A stretch of DNA of 54,447 nucleotides, filler included, from Thelocarpon superellum (GCA_026025795.1; 2 parts of 2 records of this genome joined end to end with filler, not necessarily neighbours in it); one strand, 5' to 3'. Positions 11,870 to 25,185 are shown, counted from the whole stretch's first letter. Translations and numbers: made by a program. The notes: generated by a model from the letters alone, not told the origin.

Positions 11870-14661
11870 ATGCCACGGGTGGCCAATCCCCCTCGCGCCA
11901 ATGGTAGAGTGACGGCCAAACACCCCGCCGCGGCCAGCCCCTTCAAGTCTCCCATGAAGTATGTGACACGCGTGGCTCCACGCAGTCGGACGGCCCAGGG
12001 ACGGCCCAGCTGACCGATGACCAGGATCGCGCTCAACGATGATGCCCAGGAGAAAGCAGTCCGGCTTCAGTCGCGACAGGCGCTGCACGACATCCAGTTG
12101 AATCAGATCAAGGCCGCCGCATCACCGATGCGCCGGCTCAACAATCATGCGCGTGCCGCCAGTAGCAGTCCCAAAACGCTGCATGGCCTCGCCGACGCCC
12201 GTGGCAAGGAGAATGACGGCCCGGCGCTGGCCGTCGTGAGTGGCAGCACGGTCTCGCCCGTCAAGCGGGTGCCGATCCTCGCCAACTTTGAAGAGTGGAT
12301 GAAGATGGCCACGGATAATGTCCGTCTCTGGCGATGCCTACCCTCATGGACCACGGCTGATGCGCTGGCAGAAAATCAACGCGACGAATTCGTGGAACTT
12401 TGCGCTCATCGACTACTTCCACGACATGTCGCTGCTCAAGGAAGGGGACGGCGTGAATTTCCAGAAGGCGAGCTGCACCCTGGATGGCTGCGTCAAGATC
12501 TATACCAGTCGCGTGGACAGCGTCGCCACTGAGACGGGCAAACTGCTGAGCGGCCTGGCCGACAGCGGGAACAAGAAGCGGCGCGGCGACGAGGTCGAGG
12601 GCGAGGAAGGCGAGGAGGATGGCGAAGAGGAGGAGGGGGAGGATGGTCAGCCGAAACGCAGCAAGAAGCGGGTAGGCACGGAGGAAGCGTCAATGTTCGA
12701 GTGCCGCGACTGACGGAGGCCAGGTGAACCGGTCGTCGGAAGCCACGTTGGCCCCGTCGTTTGCCCCTCTCCAGCTGAAGAAGTTTGAGCTTGAATTCTC
12801 CGTCGACCCGCTGTTCAAGAAGGCATCGGCCGACTTCGATGAGGGCGGGGCCAAAGGGCTGCTACTGAACCATCTGGCCATCGATGCTCATGGGCGCATC
12901 GTCTTCGACAGCAGCGACGATGCCGCGGACGCGAGCGCAGAGGGCGACCGACGCCGGCGAAAGAGCGACTCCGCACTGTCAGACATCGATGAGGCGGCCG
13001 ATGCGGACGATGCGCCGGAGGACGAACGAGAAGCCACGCCGCCGCGTGAGGAGGAAGCGACGGAGATGGATATGGCGTCCTTGGCGGCCAGATTCTTCCC
13101 GGATCTGGCTCGGCTCGACGTGCAAGACATCTGTCCGTCGCTCAAGAACTTCGATCTCGGAGACCCCGCCGGATCCTTGGACATTCCCTTCCTCAAAGCA
13201 GCCGACGAGAGTGCCGGCGACGGGCCTCAGGCCGGCGGCGTGGGCGATCGTTCTGGGGTCTTCCTTGACGACGATAACGCCCCGGGCTTTGACGATGACG
13301 ATGGTGCCTTGGAAGGCTTTGATCTTCCCGCTGACGCTGGCTTCGGAGAGGGTGGAGAAGCTTGGGCACGCGACGCCGCCATCGCACCGCAGCCACGCGT
13401 CTTCGACGAGGGCTTCGATCAAGACGATGGAGGCGGGGCGGCGAATGGCGATGGTATGGCCGCCGGGCCCTACAGCGCGAATGGGGAGGAGTACATCGTC
13501 TCGCTCGGACGGGGGGTGGGCACGGGAGAAAGCGAGCATGATGAGATCATGAGTTATTTCGACCACGCCTTGAACAAGCAGTGGGCCGGGCCGGAGCACT
13601 GGCGGATCCGACGCATCAAGGATCTGGCCAAGTCGGCAATGCCCGCCACCAAGGCACGGAAAGAAAAGGAGCCCTTTGAGATTGACTTCGCCTCGCCGCT
13701 CGACCCGGTCATGGCCGAGTCCATCTACACGCTGGCCAGCTCTAACTCGAGCATTTCGCTGCCCAAGAGCCAGTGGAGGTCCAAGACACGCAATCTACTC
13801 CCGGACGACAAGCACTTCAACTCGACACATCTGCTGCGCCTGTTCCTGAAGCCCAAGGCACGGCTCGCCTCGCGACGGAGAGGGACGGCGGGCCGGGCGG
13901 GCGGCGGCCATCAGCCAGACGGCCTGGATGCCATCCCCGAGGGCGAGTTGGACGAAGCCTACTGGGCCCGGAACGAAGGACCCCCGGGAGTAGCATCTGA
14001 GGAGGGGCTAGGAGGGGGTTACGACGCCGACTTCTTTCAGGACGATGGCCTGGCCTTTCCCGGAGGCCTCCCCGATGATGACGATGACGACTTTGCCGAT
14101 GCCCAGGAGCGATTCTCTCCGGGCGTGGAGGGCGACGCAGGAGCGGACGGGGGAGAAGCAGGATCAGGGGCGGCGGCCAACAGCCAAGATGCGGCCTACG
14201 GCAACCAGTTGGTAACGCAGAACCGGCGGTTGCGGCCCGAATACGTGCAATATGCCCGTGTGGCAAAGAAGGTTGACGTGCGAAGACTCAAGGAGGAGAT
14301 GTGGCGAGGGATGGGCATCGAGGATGTCGCAGATCAGGTATGTGTGCTCTCCGACGGCCAAGCACGGCGGGAACCCGCTGACCCCAGGCGCCAGGCATTG
14401 CCCCCTCCCACGCCATCGAGGCCCGCCCCCACGGCCGTCTCGAAAGCGGATGATGGATCATTCAAATTCACCACGGTGATGAATAACCTGCAAACGGTCT
14501 ACCCGAAGCAGGCCATGGCCGACATCTCGACGTCGTATTGCTTCATCTGTCTGCTGCACCTGGCGAACGAGAAGGGGCTCGTCATCCAGAATGAGGAACA
14601 GCTAATGGATCTGAACATTCGACGGGATCTCACGGCGGAAATCACCGAGGGCGCCGATTGA
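11870..14661 (+). CDS. BRN1: Condensin complex subunit 2 (kleisin Brn1/Cnd2/barren); introns about 11959-12024, 12320-12371, 12672-12723, 14338-14394
   Basis: FEEWMKMATDN|KINATNSWNFALIDYFHDMSLL..NFQKASCTLDGCVKIYTSRVDSV; VDPLFKKASADFDEGGAKGLLLN; WAGPEHW; FICLLHLANEKGL. Confidence 0.95.
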
Positions 14662-15160
14662 GGGGTCGATGATCTTGGATGCGTGATCTTTTCTCTGGAG
14701 GCACATGGTGTTCTGGCTGGGCATGTCGCAGTAGGTGATTCTTTCAATGTGACCCATGCCACCTACTCGTATACCGCTGCAGCGGATCAGCTGTGCGGAC
14801 GAGTGCTCGTCCATCATCTCGGAATCGAGGTGAGATGGCATCGTGCGACGTGCCATGTTCAACGCTGTGCTGAGTGCGAGAGGTGAATGGCGGAGAGCGA
14901 GAGGGCAAAAGACGCGTGGGGGTCAGTTGTGACGGGTGGATGCGGAGCGCGTGGTAGGGGGGCGGATCGTTGGAGACGCCCGACTTCGGCATCCGCCGTC
15001 TCGCACGGGGGCACCACGTCGTCGGTGGCCGCGGGTCCAATTTCCAGTGTCACCGCCAACACTGCACCTCTCCTGCGTAACAACCCCTTCATCAGCACCA
15101 ACCCCCGTAGCCACGTCTTTGATCCGGCTCGGGTCGATCCAGTAGCACACCACCATCATC

Positions 15161-16125
15161 ATGGCAGAGGCAGCAAGCGTATATCCTCCGTTGAACAAGC
15201 GGCCGGTGGCCAATACCATCTGTTTGTTCGATGTCGACGGCACCTTGACCCCCGCCCGACGAGTATGCTCCAGCCCGATCTCCACTTTTTCCCATTTCCC
15301 CATTTCCACATCTCCACGTCTCTACTAGCACCCCTGCACGCCGTCTGAAAGGTCGTCGCTGACCATTTGTAGGACGTCTCGCCCGAGATGCTGGCTCTGC
15401 TCTCCGCGCTGCGGCAGAGAGTGGCCATTGGCTACGTGGGCGGGTCGGACATGGTCAAGCAGCAAGAGCAGCTCGGCACGGCCTCGATCAACGTGACCTC
15501 GCTCTTCGACTTCTGCTTTCCGGAGAACGGTCTCACGGCCTACCGTCTGGGCGTGCCGCTCGCCAACCAATCCTTCATCCAATGGCTTGGCGAGGACAAG
15601 TACAAGCAGTTGGTGAATTTCATCCTGCACTATATTGCCGACCTCGACCTCCCCGTCAAGCGCGGCACGTTCGTGGAGTTTCGCAATGGCATGATCAATG
15701 TCAGTCCGATCGGGCGCAATGCCAGCGTGGCGGAGCGGAACGAGTATGAGCGGCACGACAAGGAGACGGGGATCCGGACGAAGTTTGTCGAGGTCTTGAA
15801 GGAGAAATTCGGCCATCTCGGGCTGACGTGCGTGTTCCCGCTGCAGTAGATTCTTGACCTGACCCTTAGTAGCTTCTCCATCGGCGGACAGATCTCCTTT
15901 GATGTGTTTCCTCATGGCTGGGACAAGACATACTGCCTTCAACATGTCGAGGCCGAGGCCGAGCGACCCGACGGCGTCAAATACACTACCATCCATTTCT
16001 TTGGCGACAAGACCTACAAAGGAGGGAACGACTACGAGATCTACGAGGATTCTCGGACCGTCGGGCATTCCGTGACCAACCCGGAAGACACGGCGGCACA
16101 GGTGAAGAAGACCTTTGGGCTATAG
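15161..16125 (+). CDS. SEC53: Phosphomannomutase (HAD family); introns about 15263-15372 and 15828-15872
   Basis: [83 protein letters not shown]. Confidence 0.97.
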
Positions 16126-16305
16126 ACGCCACGGGTGATGCATTCGTTCCTCTTTCCTCTTTCCATGTCATGACCAAATCATTGTTGCATGGGAGGGCGA
16201 GGTGCTGAAGCATTTGCACCACGTGGCGATTTCAATCGCCACCTACTGCATGCACGATGCCCGGTAGACGGTATCTGAAGCGAATGCATCTAGCTAGCCA
16301 GCCGG

Positions 16306-17285
16306 TTACATGAGTAGACGCCAGGCACCGAGAATGAGCGCCGCGGTACCCGTACAGACACCCCTAGAGAGAACGTCAGCTTGAAGCACCAGACGAGCAA
16401 GGGGGAAGAGGGAAGAGGAAGAGGGATGAGACTTACATCAGCCACTGCAGAGTGGAGAACTTGACGCCCTCCACGCGTTCCCTCAGGCCTGCCACCTCCT
16501 GCTCGATACGCGTCTCCGTCTCCTTGATCTTCAACTCCTGCACGTTGGCCTCCTCACGGATCCGACCCTTCTCGAGATTGAGGTCGAGGCGTACCGATGC
16601 CTGCGTACGACTGATCTCATCACGCAGCCGCGAGTTTAATTTGGCCAGATCGTTCGTCAGCCGCTCGTGCGACGCCCGCGTCAGAGATAGCTCCGTCGAG
16701 TCGGTCGAGAGCAGCTCTGAGCGCAACTTGGCAAAATCCACCTTTTGCGTGTACGTCGCCTTTTCCTGGTCTTCGCGCAGCACCATGGTTCGCGTCAGGT
16801 TTTGGATGCTAGCGCGCGTTAGGGACGTTTCCATCTGCCTGAACTCTTTCCTATTGATAGCGGACACACCTCTCTTCGATCACGTCGCTCAATACCTTCA
16901 TCATCGCCACGGCTTGCTCTTCGCTGAACCCCTCATCCTTCAATCGCTGCACGAACTTCAGCGTGTCAAAGTGGTGGTCGCGCTCTCGTGGCGGGGTCGC
17001 GTGGAAAGCCCGTCTGGTGTGTGCGGGAAGCGTGATGCATGGTCGAGTACCTGTCCATCTTAGGGGCCTCCCTCTGCCTTGACTTGACGCCCCATCGGCC
17101 CGCCTTGATGGCTCATGTGCGCACAGAAGTCGCGCTGCAATGGTATGATCCCGCTTTTCGAAGTGATGTCGTGCGCCACTGATCCCGCGCTGGGCCACTT
17201 GCGCGCCCAAGACATCCGGTCGCCACGTTGCCCGTGGCAGTAGAAAGCGCGGCACGCCAAGCATCTGTGCCGCGGGGTGAGCCAT
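16306..17285 (-). CDS. FMP32: Mitochondrial DUF1640 coiled-coil protein (Fmp32/CCDC90/MCUR1 family); two introns
   Basis: Presequence-like N-terminus, HHFDTLKFVQRLKDEGFSEEQAVAMM, YTQKVDFAKLRSEL, VRLDLNLEKGRIREE, C-terminal TM STLQWLM|GVCTGTAALILGAWRLLM. Confidence 0.9.
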
Positions 17286-19348
17286 GGCAACCCAAATATC
17301 GTCCCGAAGTTCCTACATCTCCCCTTCTCCCCATCTCTTGTGCACGTGAAGTGGTGGTTGAAGTTTAAATCACGTGACTGAGCTCCGCTTCGCCACCAAT
17401 GATAAATCCTTGCTATTGTCCCTCGTCAGATCTGCAGCATTGGACTACATTGTCCGCTCAAGGCCCGGCAAGTCACTGTCCTTGCGCGGCATTCTTGACT
17501 CGAAAGACAAGAGCCGTCGTGAGTCACTGGGCCCATTGTCTCCGACCAGGTTCACGGCCTCGATCCATCCCACCCGGTCATCCGACACCATGCCTGCCAC
17601 CTGTTATCGCCGACTGCATTCCTGATCAGCAATCACACTTGGAATGTAATCAGACACCTTTGATGCGATGCAGAGCCCCCACCGCTCAGCGACAAGTCTC
17701 CGGTGGAGCCCCCGCGAAGTTGTCAATGTCCGAGCGCTGACGGGAGGTTGTGGCCAAAAATAGAAGAAAAGGCGACAAAATGGCGTACTCCCAAGGTCGG
17801 GCGCTAACAATAGAGCATCGCTGTGGCTAAAGTCTGCAATATCTCCTCAAGACGGATGACGCTATGCTTCTGTGCAGCGTACTCCTCCCCTTACCTCGCT
17901 TCCACGCTACACCCGCGAAAGGCTGAACTACCGAGCAGGAACTGTCGGGCTCTCGCTGCAGCGGATCGGATCGGCCGCCCTAATCGTTACTGCTGACGCC
18001 AGCGGTCGATCCATTCGTCATCGGCCGGAGCCCATCCAGAGAGCGTGCGGTGGCCGTGGCAAAATGGCCAAGATATAGATAGTGACGGGAGAGAGAGCCC
18101 GCAACAGTCCGTCTCGTGCGCATGACATTCGTGGAGTCGCGGGGTGGTACTCGTACAATAAGTGTAACCGCCGGCCAGGCCGCGGTCTCAGTCAATCCAA
18201 TGGCGGAGCAATGGATCGAGTGCACGACGTCGACCTTACACTTGGGCGTCACGGTACGGGACGAGTGGGCTAAAACTACTAAAACAAGAGGGGCGCACCG
18301 GAGCGACCGAGAGCCCAGACATGCAAAAGGTGCCAGAGCCCGTAGGTCCCGGCGTGGCCGCTTACTGGCGAGCGGGGATTGGTCAAGGTGCAAGGGTCGA
18401 GGCGCGTGCGAGCGATGGGCTGCCTTAGCCCGGCAGCACCTGGCCACCCCTCCACCAACCACGGGCGCGAACGGCCTCCGTACTGTCGTGCTATCCGGCC
18501 GGAGGTTGTGACTGGATGACCCGACTGCATCTCCCCACCACCCATCGCTCACTCACGCCCACCCACGGGTGATGGAACTGCTCGTAGACGCTGCGCCAAT
18601 TACGACCATGCTCTGTTCGGTGCCCCACCTACGCACGGGCGTGCCGCCACGCCTTGCCGGCTGCCGGGCCCTGCCAGGTCAGCGTCAAGGTGCCGACGTC
18701 GATTGGCAGACGTTCCCCCACCTCCGCTGCCCGTTGGCGGCTCATATACCACCAGGCCGCCCAGCCCTTCTCACGCACCCAAGGTTCCCATCTCTCCGGC
18801 ATCACAGCTTCGGTGTCTGCTCACGCTGTTTGGTCCTCTCCTTCCTTCTGTCTGCATCATCTTCTTCGGTCCCATCGGCTGGGAGCCGGAGCTACATCGC
18901 GTACGGATCTTGGTAGCTCTGCAGCCCAGTTCAGTCTCCGCCAGCGAGGGAGAGCTCGACCATTCGCGCAACCGCCGGGGGACCGGGGGGTTGAATCGTT
19001 TCAAAAATAGAAGCTCCATCCCTCCACTCAGATCGTCCATCCAGTGGCTACGATCCCGGTTCGTTGGCGCTGTCCAACGCCACGCGCTGGTCGTGTCCTC
19101 TCCCCCTCCTCGCCCAAATTGGCTACATTGTCGATCCGACCCGCGAGCGCTTAGACGACGCACGCAACGCCTTCGACCTCCTCCTCATCTAGCCGTCGGC
19201 ACCCCGTCCGTATCGTGGCATCCGCCCTGGTGGCAGTGAAAACCCCCTCTCCTCCCCCATCTCTCTTCTCGTCCGTCGAGTCGCCTACATCGCTCCCAGC
19301 GTGAACAAGCTTCATTGCCTCTGGATCCGTCAGTGTCGGACCAAGACG

Positions 19349-20999
19349 ATGCCCTATCCCGGTGCTCCCGTGAAGCGAGACGACGCCACGGCGGCGTTGA
19401 ACTTCAACTTCAACGTCACGCCGCCGCAAGAATCCGAGGTGTCGCTCGACGAGAAGACGGCTGGACCTGACCCAACTCGCTCACGCGCCTCCTCCCACTC
19501 CTCCTCGAGCCTGTCATTGAAGACGCCACGCACGCCACGCTTCGCCGAAGCGACGACGGTCCACTCTCCGGTCGAAGCGGGCCGATCTCCCTTTGCCGAT
19601 CCGCCACACAGGATGGAGAACCACTACGCGCCGCATGCGCAGCCGTCGGACGTGGGCTTCGGCTACATTGGCGAGAACGAGAACGCGCGAGCGGCCAACC
19701 ACCCGAGTGTGCCACTGGATGACGCACCCAAGTCGCCCCTGAGGAGTGCCTTGAAGGTACCGGGGACGCCGGGGCGAAGGAACCCGCTCAGCCCCACCTT
19801 CCACGAGGAAGAGATGCTCGAGAAGCAAGAGGTCTCGACCGACAAGGAGAATGCGCGAGATCTGGTAGGTTTTGCGTCCGATGAGAGCATAAGACCGGGA
19901 CGATGCTGACGGAGCGTAGAAAATCAAAGTCCGGGTACGACTGGCTAAGATCGTGCTGCGCTGCACCAACTTCAGCTGCAGTCTAATCGTGCTGTCGATG
20001 CTGTCGACTACCTTTTCCATCTTCAATGCCACCAAGGCGATCCCCGCGCGCAACAACCTCCCAGCGTGGGCGTCGGGCACGCAGACATGGCCGCAGATCG
20101 TCTTGCTCAGCATCTCGTGTGTGTCGCTGTTATTGTGCGTCATCATCATGTGGAATCACTGGAAGGGCAAGAAGAAGCGAGCGGCGAAGACGGCGGCCTA
20201 CTACACCGTCTTCTCCATTGCCTTTTTCATCTTCAACATCATCATGTGGGCCATCGGCGCCGGCCTGATCAACAACGCACGGCAGAACGGCAACGGGCAA
20301 GATCTGTGGGGGTGGAGCTGCAAGGACAACGAGCGGAAGCAGCTGTTCCAGAATGACGTCAGCTACGGCCTGGTCTGCCGGCTTCAGGTATGTCCATCCG
20401 CCCCGGCATTCGCTGTGCGTGACTGACACCCACGGGCACAGAACTGGTCGCTCGTCTGCGCCATCATCGAGATTGTCGTCGAGCTCATTACGATCCTGAT
20501 CTACTCCGTGGTCTTTTACCGATTCTACTCGAAGCGCCGTCTGCGCAAGTCCATGGACACGCGCGACAAGGCACGAACGGACCTCTACCTCGCACAACTC
20601 CGCACGCAATCCGCGCCCAACACGCCCGGCTTCGGCCCCACCTCGCCGCGCTTTGCCTCCGAAGTCAAGAACGACCTGTCCGCCGCGGAGGAAGGGCTTG
20701 CCGAGGGCGCCCAGTACGCCAGCAAGCGCGAGTCGATGGTCATGACGAAGCCCTTCCAGCTTCAGCGGCCGCCACCGCCCATCAAGGTGCAGCACGCGAG
20801 CCCCACGACCCCGACGGGCGGCTTCGAGCCTCCGGCCTCCCCTGGGCCTCTGGCTTCGCCGCGAAAAATCGCCCCCAGTGCACCGGGCGAGAAGACGTAC
20901 GACACCGTGCCTATTCCCGGTGCCTATGCGAGCCCGATGGCTAGTCCTAGCTTCACGCCTGCTCGTATGTCCTTTCCGAAGCCTGGGAGCGGTCAGTAG
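19349..20999 (+). CDS. Four-TM MARVEL-like membrane protein resembling Neurospora HAM-8 (hyphal anastomosis); introns about 19865-19919 and 20388-20441
   Basis: Ser/Pro-rich N-terminus (KTPRTPRFAEAT, NPLSPTF), KVRVRLAK..NFSCSLIVLSML, DLWGWSC, VCRLQ|NWSLVCAIIE, FYRFYSKRRLRKSMDTRDKARTDLY. The HAM-8 name is from recall and is less certain than the gene itself. Confidence 0.75.
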
Positions 21000-22632
21000 G
21001 GGGTGGTGAAGGAGCCGTGATGCTGCTTGATGAGGCAGGTGTTGCTGGTGGTGGTGATGGTGGTGATGAAGTCTGCACAGTGTCGATCTCGACCCCGCAT
21101 AATCTAGAGGAACATGGACTCGAACCCGAACCTGAAGCTGGACCTGACGCTGCATTTGCATTCAATCCCGTCTCTCGCTCTTCATTCGTTCCAACCTTTC
21201 CTACACCTCTCTCTGTGATCTCCCGAATATATCCATCTCAATCCCTCACCCGCCCGTCCCCGTCCTCTCATTTTCTTGTTCTCTGGTCTCTGTTCATGTG
21301 TCTATATATCGTCATTGGATGTCTAGTCTAGCATCATAGCACAAGCGACGGACCGGAATGGAGAATGAGGATTGACAAACTGAACACAATGGAAGGTGAT
21401 GGACGGGCGGACTCGCGGCGGTCACTTGCTCTATTCATTCATGCATGCGTGCTAGCATGCACGGACTCGCCGACATCCGGCCCGCCAGCATGCAAGCATG
21501 CCAAGTCAGACTTAAGTAACCAGCCACTCATATAACCAGTATACCAGTAGTAAGTAGTTGACTAGAAGCTACAGCTTTGCACGAAGTCCGACGGTACTTT
21601 GTACCAAACATAGCACGCCACGAGCGGTAAAAGGACATCGATGGTTCGCAGTGGAAAAGCAAACCGATACCAATGCCACTGTCGCTTTTCCCCGTCCCTT
21701 CCCTTCCCGTCCTACTCCTTTACGCGCCGTGTCCTTGGTTTGAGCGTCGAGCAAGCCCATCGACGTCCCAGACGTACGAGGAGGCAGTCGCGTGAGTCGA
21801 CGGGGTCCCCGCTCTGATTCGCGGGCGATGGGCCGAGGAAGATGGACGGTGACCGACGACTTGCGGACCTCGTAGAGCTCGAGAAACGGTGCTGCAGTGT
21901 GCGGGTACGGGTACAAGTACACCATGCCAGAGTGAATGATGATGGGATGAGTAAGATAGGAAAGGGGACTATGTGTGGCGACAATTTGTAAGAAGGGATT
22001 ACGATCTCATCTATCGCCAAGGTCAACAAGATGGGAAAGCCCAGATGAGATGGGAGATCGTAACATGACTGTGTAGGAATCAGAGCGGAATTGCTAATCT
22101 ACGCGTAGTCTGGGATAGTAATATGAGTGGGCACGTGACCAGATCACGTGCGCGCTCCTATAACTGGAAACTTACGCGGTGCGTGGTAAGCGTGACGGGA
22201 CGAAGTATTTACGTGAGCGGTACAGCGTATAACAGTCCGAGCAACCCAACCCGTTGTCTCTACGACTAATGGTGGTGTTCTGGAAATCTCGAAACGTACG
22301 ATGGCTCCTAGCTATCGCAGTCGTGCAATCTATCCATCTTCCAAGCTGTTAACGGAGTAGATAGGTGCAGGGAGAACATGGTCGAGCCGAGAAGAACGGG
22401 AATGGTAGAGGTGGGAGGAGAATTTGTATGCCGGCGGGATGCAAGAGTAAGGGACATGCTATGGGTCGATGGTTTTTTCCCCACCTCCTCTCCTCCTCTC
22501 CGATGAATCTCATCTACATCTTTCCCCTCTGAATGGCGACGTTGGTTCACGGCCTCCTGGTCCCCTTCTCCTGCGAGTCTCGGAAGCCTCCGACGTCTCT
22601 GAGGAGTTCAATTCTCAGGTTCGTATTCCTTT

Positions 22633-23337
22633 TCACGAGCTTCGTTGGTCGCTGGCTTGAACCGACTTTGCGACGGCCGCTAAGTCACGTCGGGCGAGAA
22701 GACGACGGAACAGCCTCATCATGCGCTTCGGCGACTTGGGCCACACTCCATTGGCGACGACGTTGTAGCCCAACAGCTTCGCCAGCCCTTCATTGGCGGC
22801 CCGATTCGCCTGGAGGCTTTTCGGATCCACCCCAAGGTTGGCGAAAACTTTCGACGTGGCGTTCTCGATCTCCTGTTGGTTCAAGTCGTCCTCGTCGCTG
22901 TCCCACATGGCGCCGGTATAGAGGAGGTCACTCTCAGACCCGTTAAAAGAGTACATCCATCCACGGCGATCATTTATGGCGACGCCGTCGGAAGCCGGGT
23001 ATCCCTCACACGGAATACGGTATTTTTGGTCATCAACATATCGCGTGCCGGCCGTCATATTGAATCGACGGTCCTGATTGATGGCCCTTGATACTTGATG
23101 CTCCGTGTAAGCGTAGGCTTTGTGTTTTGTTACATCTAACCCAATGAAAAGGACTTCACGGTAGGAGTGTTGGGCGGCGCAACATGTTCGGCGTGGAATG
23201 TTGATGCATGCGTGTATGGCCGGGCGGCGGCCGAGGAGACCACGGTCGGGGACCATGAGGGTAATGTCAACGGCTGACGCTCCCAAGGAGTGGAACGAGA
23301 GGAGGAAAATGAACACGGCCTTGGACCGCAGGATCAT
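22633..23337 (-). CDS. Putative secreted Cys-containing protein A (234 aa, intronless), unknown function
   Basis: Signal-like MILRSKAVFIFLLSFHSLGASA|VDITLMVP; CINIPRRTCC motif; shares motifs with the neighbouring ORF at 24160-25185. Confidence 0.65.
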   Translation of the reverse strand: MILRSKAVFIFLLSFHSLGASAVDITLMVPDRGLLGRRPAIHACINIPRRTCCAAQHSYREVLFIGLDVTKHKAYAYTEHQVSRAINQDRRFNMTAGTRYVDDQKYRIPCEGYPASDGVAINDRRGWMYSFNGSESDLLYTGAMWDSDEDDLNQQEIENATSKVFANLGVDPKSLQANRAANEGLAKLLGYNVVANGVWPKSPKRMMRLFRRLLARRDLAAVAKSVQASDQRSS

Positions 23338-24159
23338 GATGATGACATCGACGACAGCGGCGGTGGGCACGGCGAGGATATAGCACGGTTGTTTTGATTG
23401 GTGCGGATTGGTCGGCGCTGTTTACCGTTTCTGACACGTCTTCTGAAGACCACCGAGCACGACTGAAGAGTGAGGAGTGAGAAGAACGGGTGGCAAAGGG
23501 AACAGAAGGAGTGGAAACGATGGGAGAAGATGTAGATGGGCCAAGCAGCCAACAACTCGTCCGCACACGCCAGGAGACGACTGACGATGGCACGCTGCAG
23601 CTGGTTTCACAGGTTCAATGAGCGTGGATGGACTCGGGGTGGTGGAAGAGAAGGCATTGTCCGTACCGTTTCCTCATGCCCACACTTGCCTCGAAGAGGC
23701 AGGCCAATCTGCGCACATGATTCAGGCAAACGTCGAGCACTCGTCCTTGCCTGATTCTGCGTGAGAAGGCCTCAACTAAACTTCATGCACATCGACTCAG
23801 GCTGCGCTACTGATGACACAGCGCAGACCGACGTCGTGATGTGAATGCCTTTTACCTCGCAGTGGCGTCAGACTGGTCGGGATGGAGATGGTGCGGGGGG
23901 AGGGGACCGGGATCTTGTAGGGATCCTGACGTCGGTACGCGACCGGGCGAACAGACGTGTCTAAGTTTGGCTCAACTCCGGCTGCTTGACTAGCCTCACA
24001 AACAAGAGGGCGTTCCTGAGTACGAGGACGAGGGCCAGCAGTGACACGACACGCGGATGCATACTATGCAGCGTACTGCGCAAGACTTGCGCTGGAAAAT
24101 GCCTGTCGTCTTGGCCATGGCTGTGCTCATATAGCCCTGGGAAGGCAATCTTGACGCCA

Positions 24160-25185
24160 TCAGCCAGCTTCGTCTAGGGATCCTGGTGTGCGAGCATGGA
24201 CTCGACACCGAGTGAATCGTGTGCACAGACAATTCAAGCTACAATGGCAATGCAGACAATCCGCTTCAATCTCTCGCGATCCATCTCGACCCAAACTTGG
24301 TCTAGAAATCCACCTCGAGTCTGTTCCGTGTTCGTCATAATAGTTCATGTCGCCCCAATGACCATCAGAGTATTCGACACCATCGACGACCACGACGTCG
24401 GGAAGGACTGGCGATCGAACCAGACCCTTGCCAGGCGTTAAAACGGGATGGTTCTTCGAGAGGAGAGGACTCGCTGCGTCCCTGGCACTCCATGTCTCAT
24501 CGTCTGGTGCCTTTGACTTTCTCCTGCGAAGAATCAACCCATCACACTGCCGCATAAAGGCGGCGATCAAGTAGTTGGCCGTGGATGTGGAGATATATTT
24601 GCTGAGGTGTGCATTGGCGTCTGCGCTCAACTTCTCTTCCGCCTCTGTGGGCGTCTGGAACTCAGGACATTGGATCCACATGGCGCCGGTCAGGCCGGCT
24701 GTAACACAGTGCGGATATGCAAGATCTGCATCCTGGGCTTGCTCGTCAAAGGTGATGTTGCACGAGCCGGGCTCGCCGCCGCCCAAGTCGGCGACACGCT
24801 CGCGGTGCAACACACGCCCATCGCAGCCATGTACATAGTGGTGGACGTTGCCTTCCACGCCAACATCCCAGACCCAGGTCTCGTCGGGCGGCGGGCGCGG
24901 ATACCAGAACTGTCGGCGTTCCAACCGGTTTCGGAACGTGGCTAGTCGATCGCTGGGGTCTGCTTTCCTCACCCGCACCTCCTGATAGGCCACGCGGATA
25001 CTGCAGCATTCGTATCGCGGAATGTCGCTACAGATGACGCGGTCAGGCACTCGGTGGTATCCCAAGTATTGCGAGTTCATCATCGACGCGCGGCGTGGCA
25101 CTGTTAGCTCGATCGTCAACCCCGACACCGAGTCCGTGCCAACATTCAACACGGCGAAGATCATGCTGAGAGGGCGGGTCCACAT
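24160..25185 (-). CDS. Putative secreted Cys-containing protein B (about 341 aa, intronless), paralog of A
   Basis: MWTRPLSMIFAVLNVGTDSVSG|LTIELTVP; CSDIPRYECC; CDG; LTGAMW; long uninterrupted ORF. Confidence 0.65.
   Translation of the reverse strand: MWTRPLSMIFAVLNVGTDSVSGLTIELTVPRRASMMNSQYLGYHRVPDRVICSDIPRYECCSIRVAYQEVRVRKADPSDRLATFRNRLERRQFWYPRPPPDETWVWDVGVEGNVHHYVHGCDGRVLHRERVADLGGGEPGSCNITFDEQAQDADLAYPHCVTAGLTGAMWIQCPEFQTPTEAEEKLSADANAHLSKYISTSTANYLIAAFMRQCDGLILRRRKSKAPDDETWSARDAASPLLSKNHPVLTPGKGLVRSPVLPDVVVVDGVEYSDGHWGDMNYYDEHGTDSRWISRPSLGRDGSREIEADCLHCHCSLNCLCTRFTRCRVHARTPGSLDEAG

Noticed and set aside
15263..15372. Longer PMM intron as a stwintron or snoRNA host
   Set aside because: No convincing nested donor/branch/acceptor set and no C/D or H/ACA boxes.
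16123..16180. Stop-codon readthrough producing a cryptic PTS1 on PMM, URA6 or the SDR
   Set aside because: No TGA-CTA context at these stops; the PMM extension and the unspliced SDR frame do not end in an SKL-like tripeptide.
17400..19340. Many short ORFs upstream of the ham-8-like gene
   Set aside because: Low-complexity, mostly non-ATG starts and no motifs; consistent with promoter and long 5' UTR.
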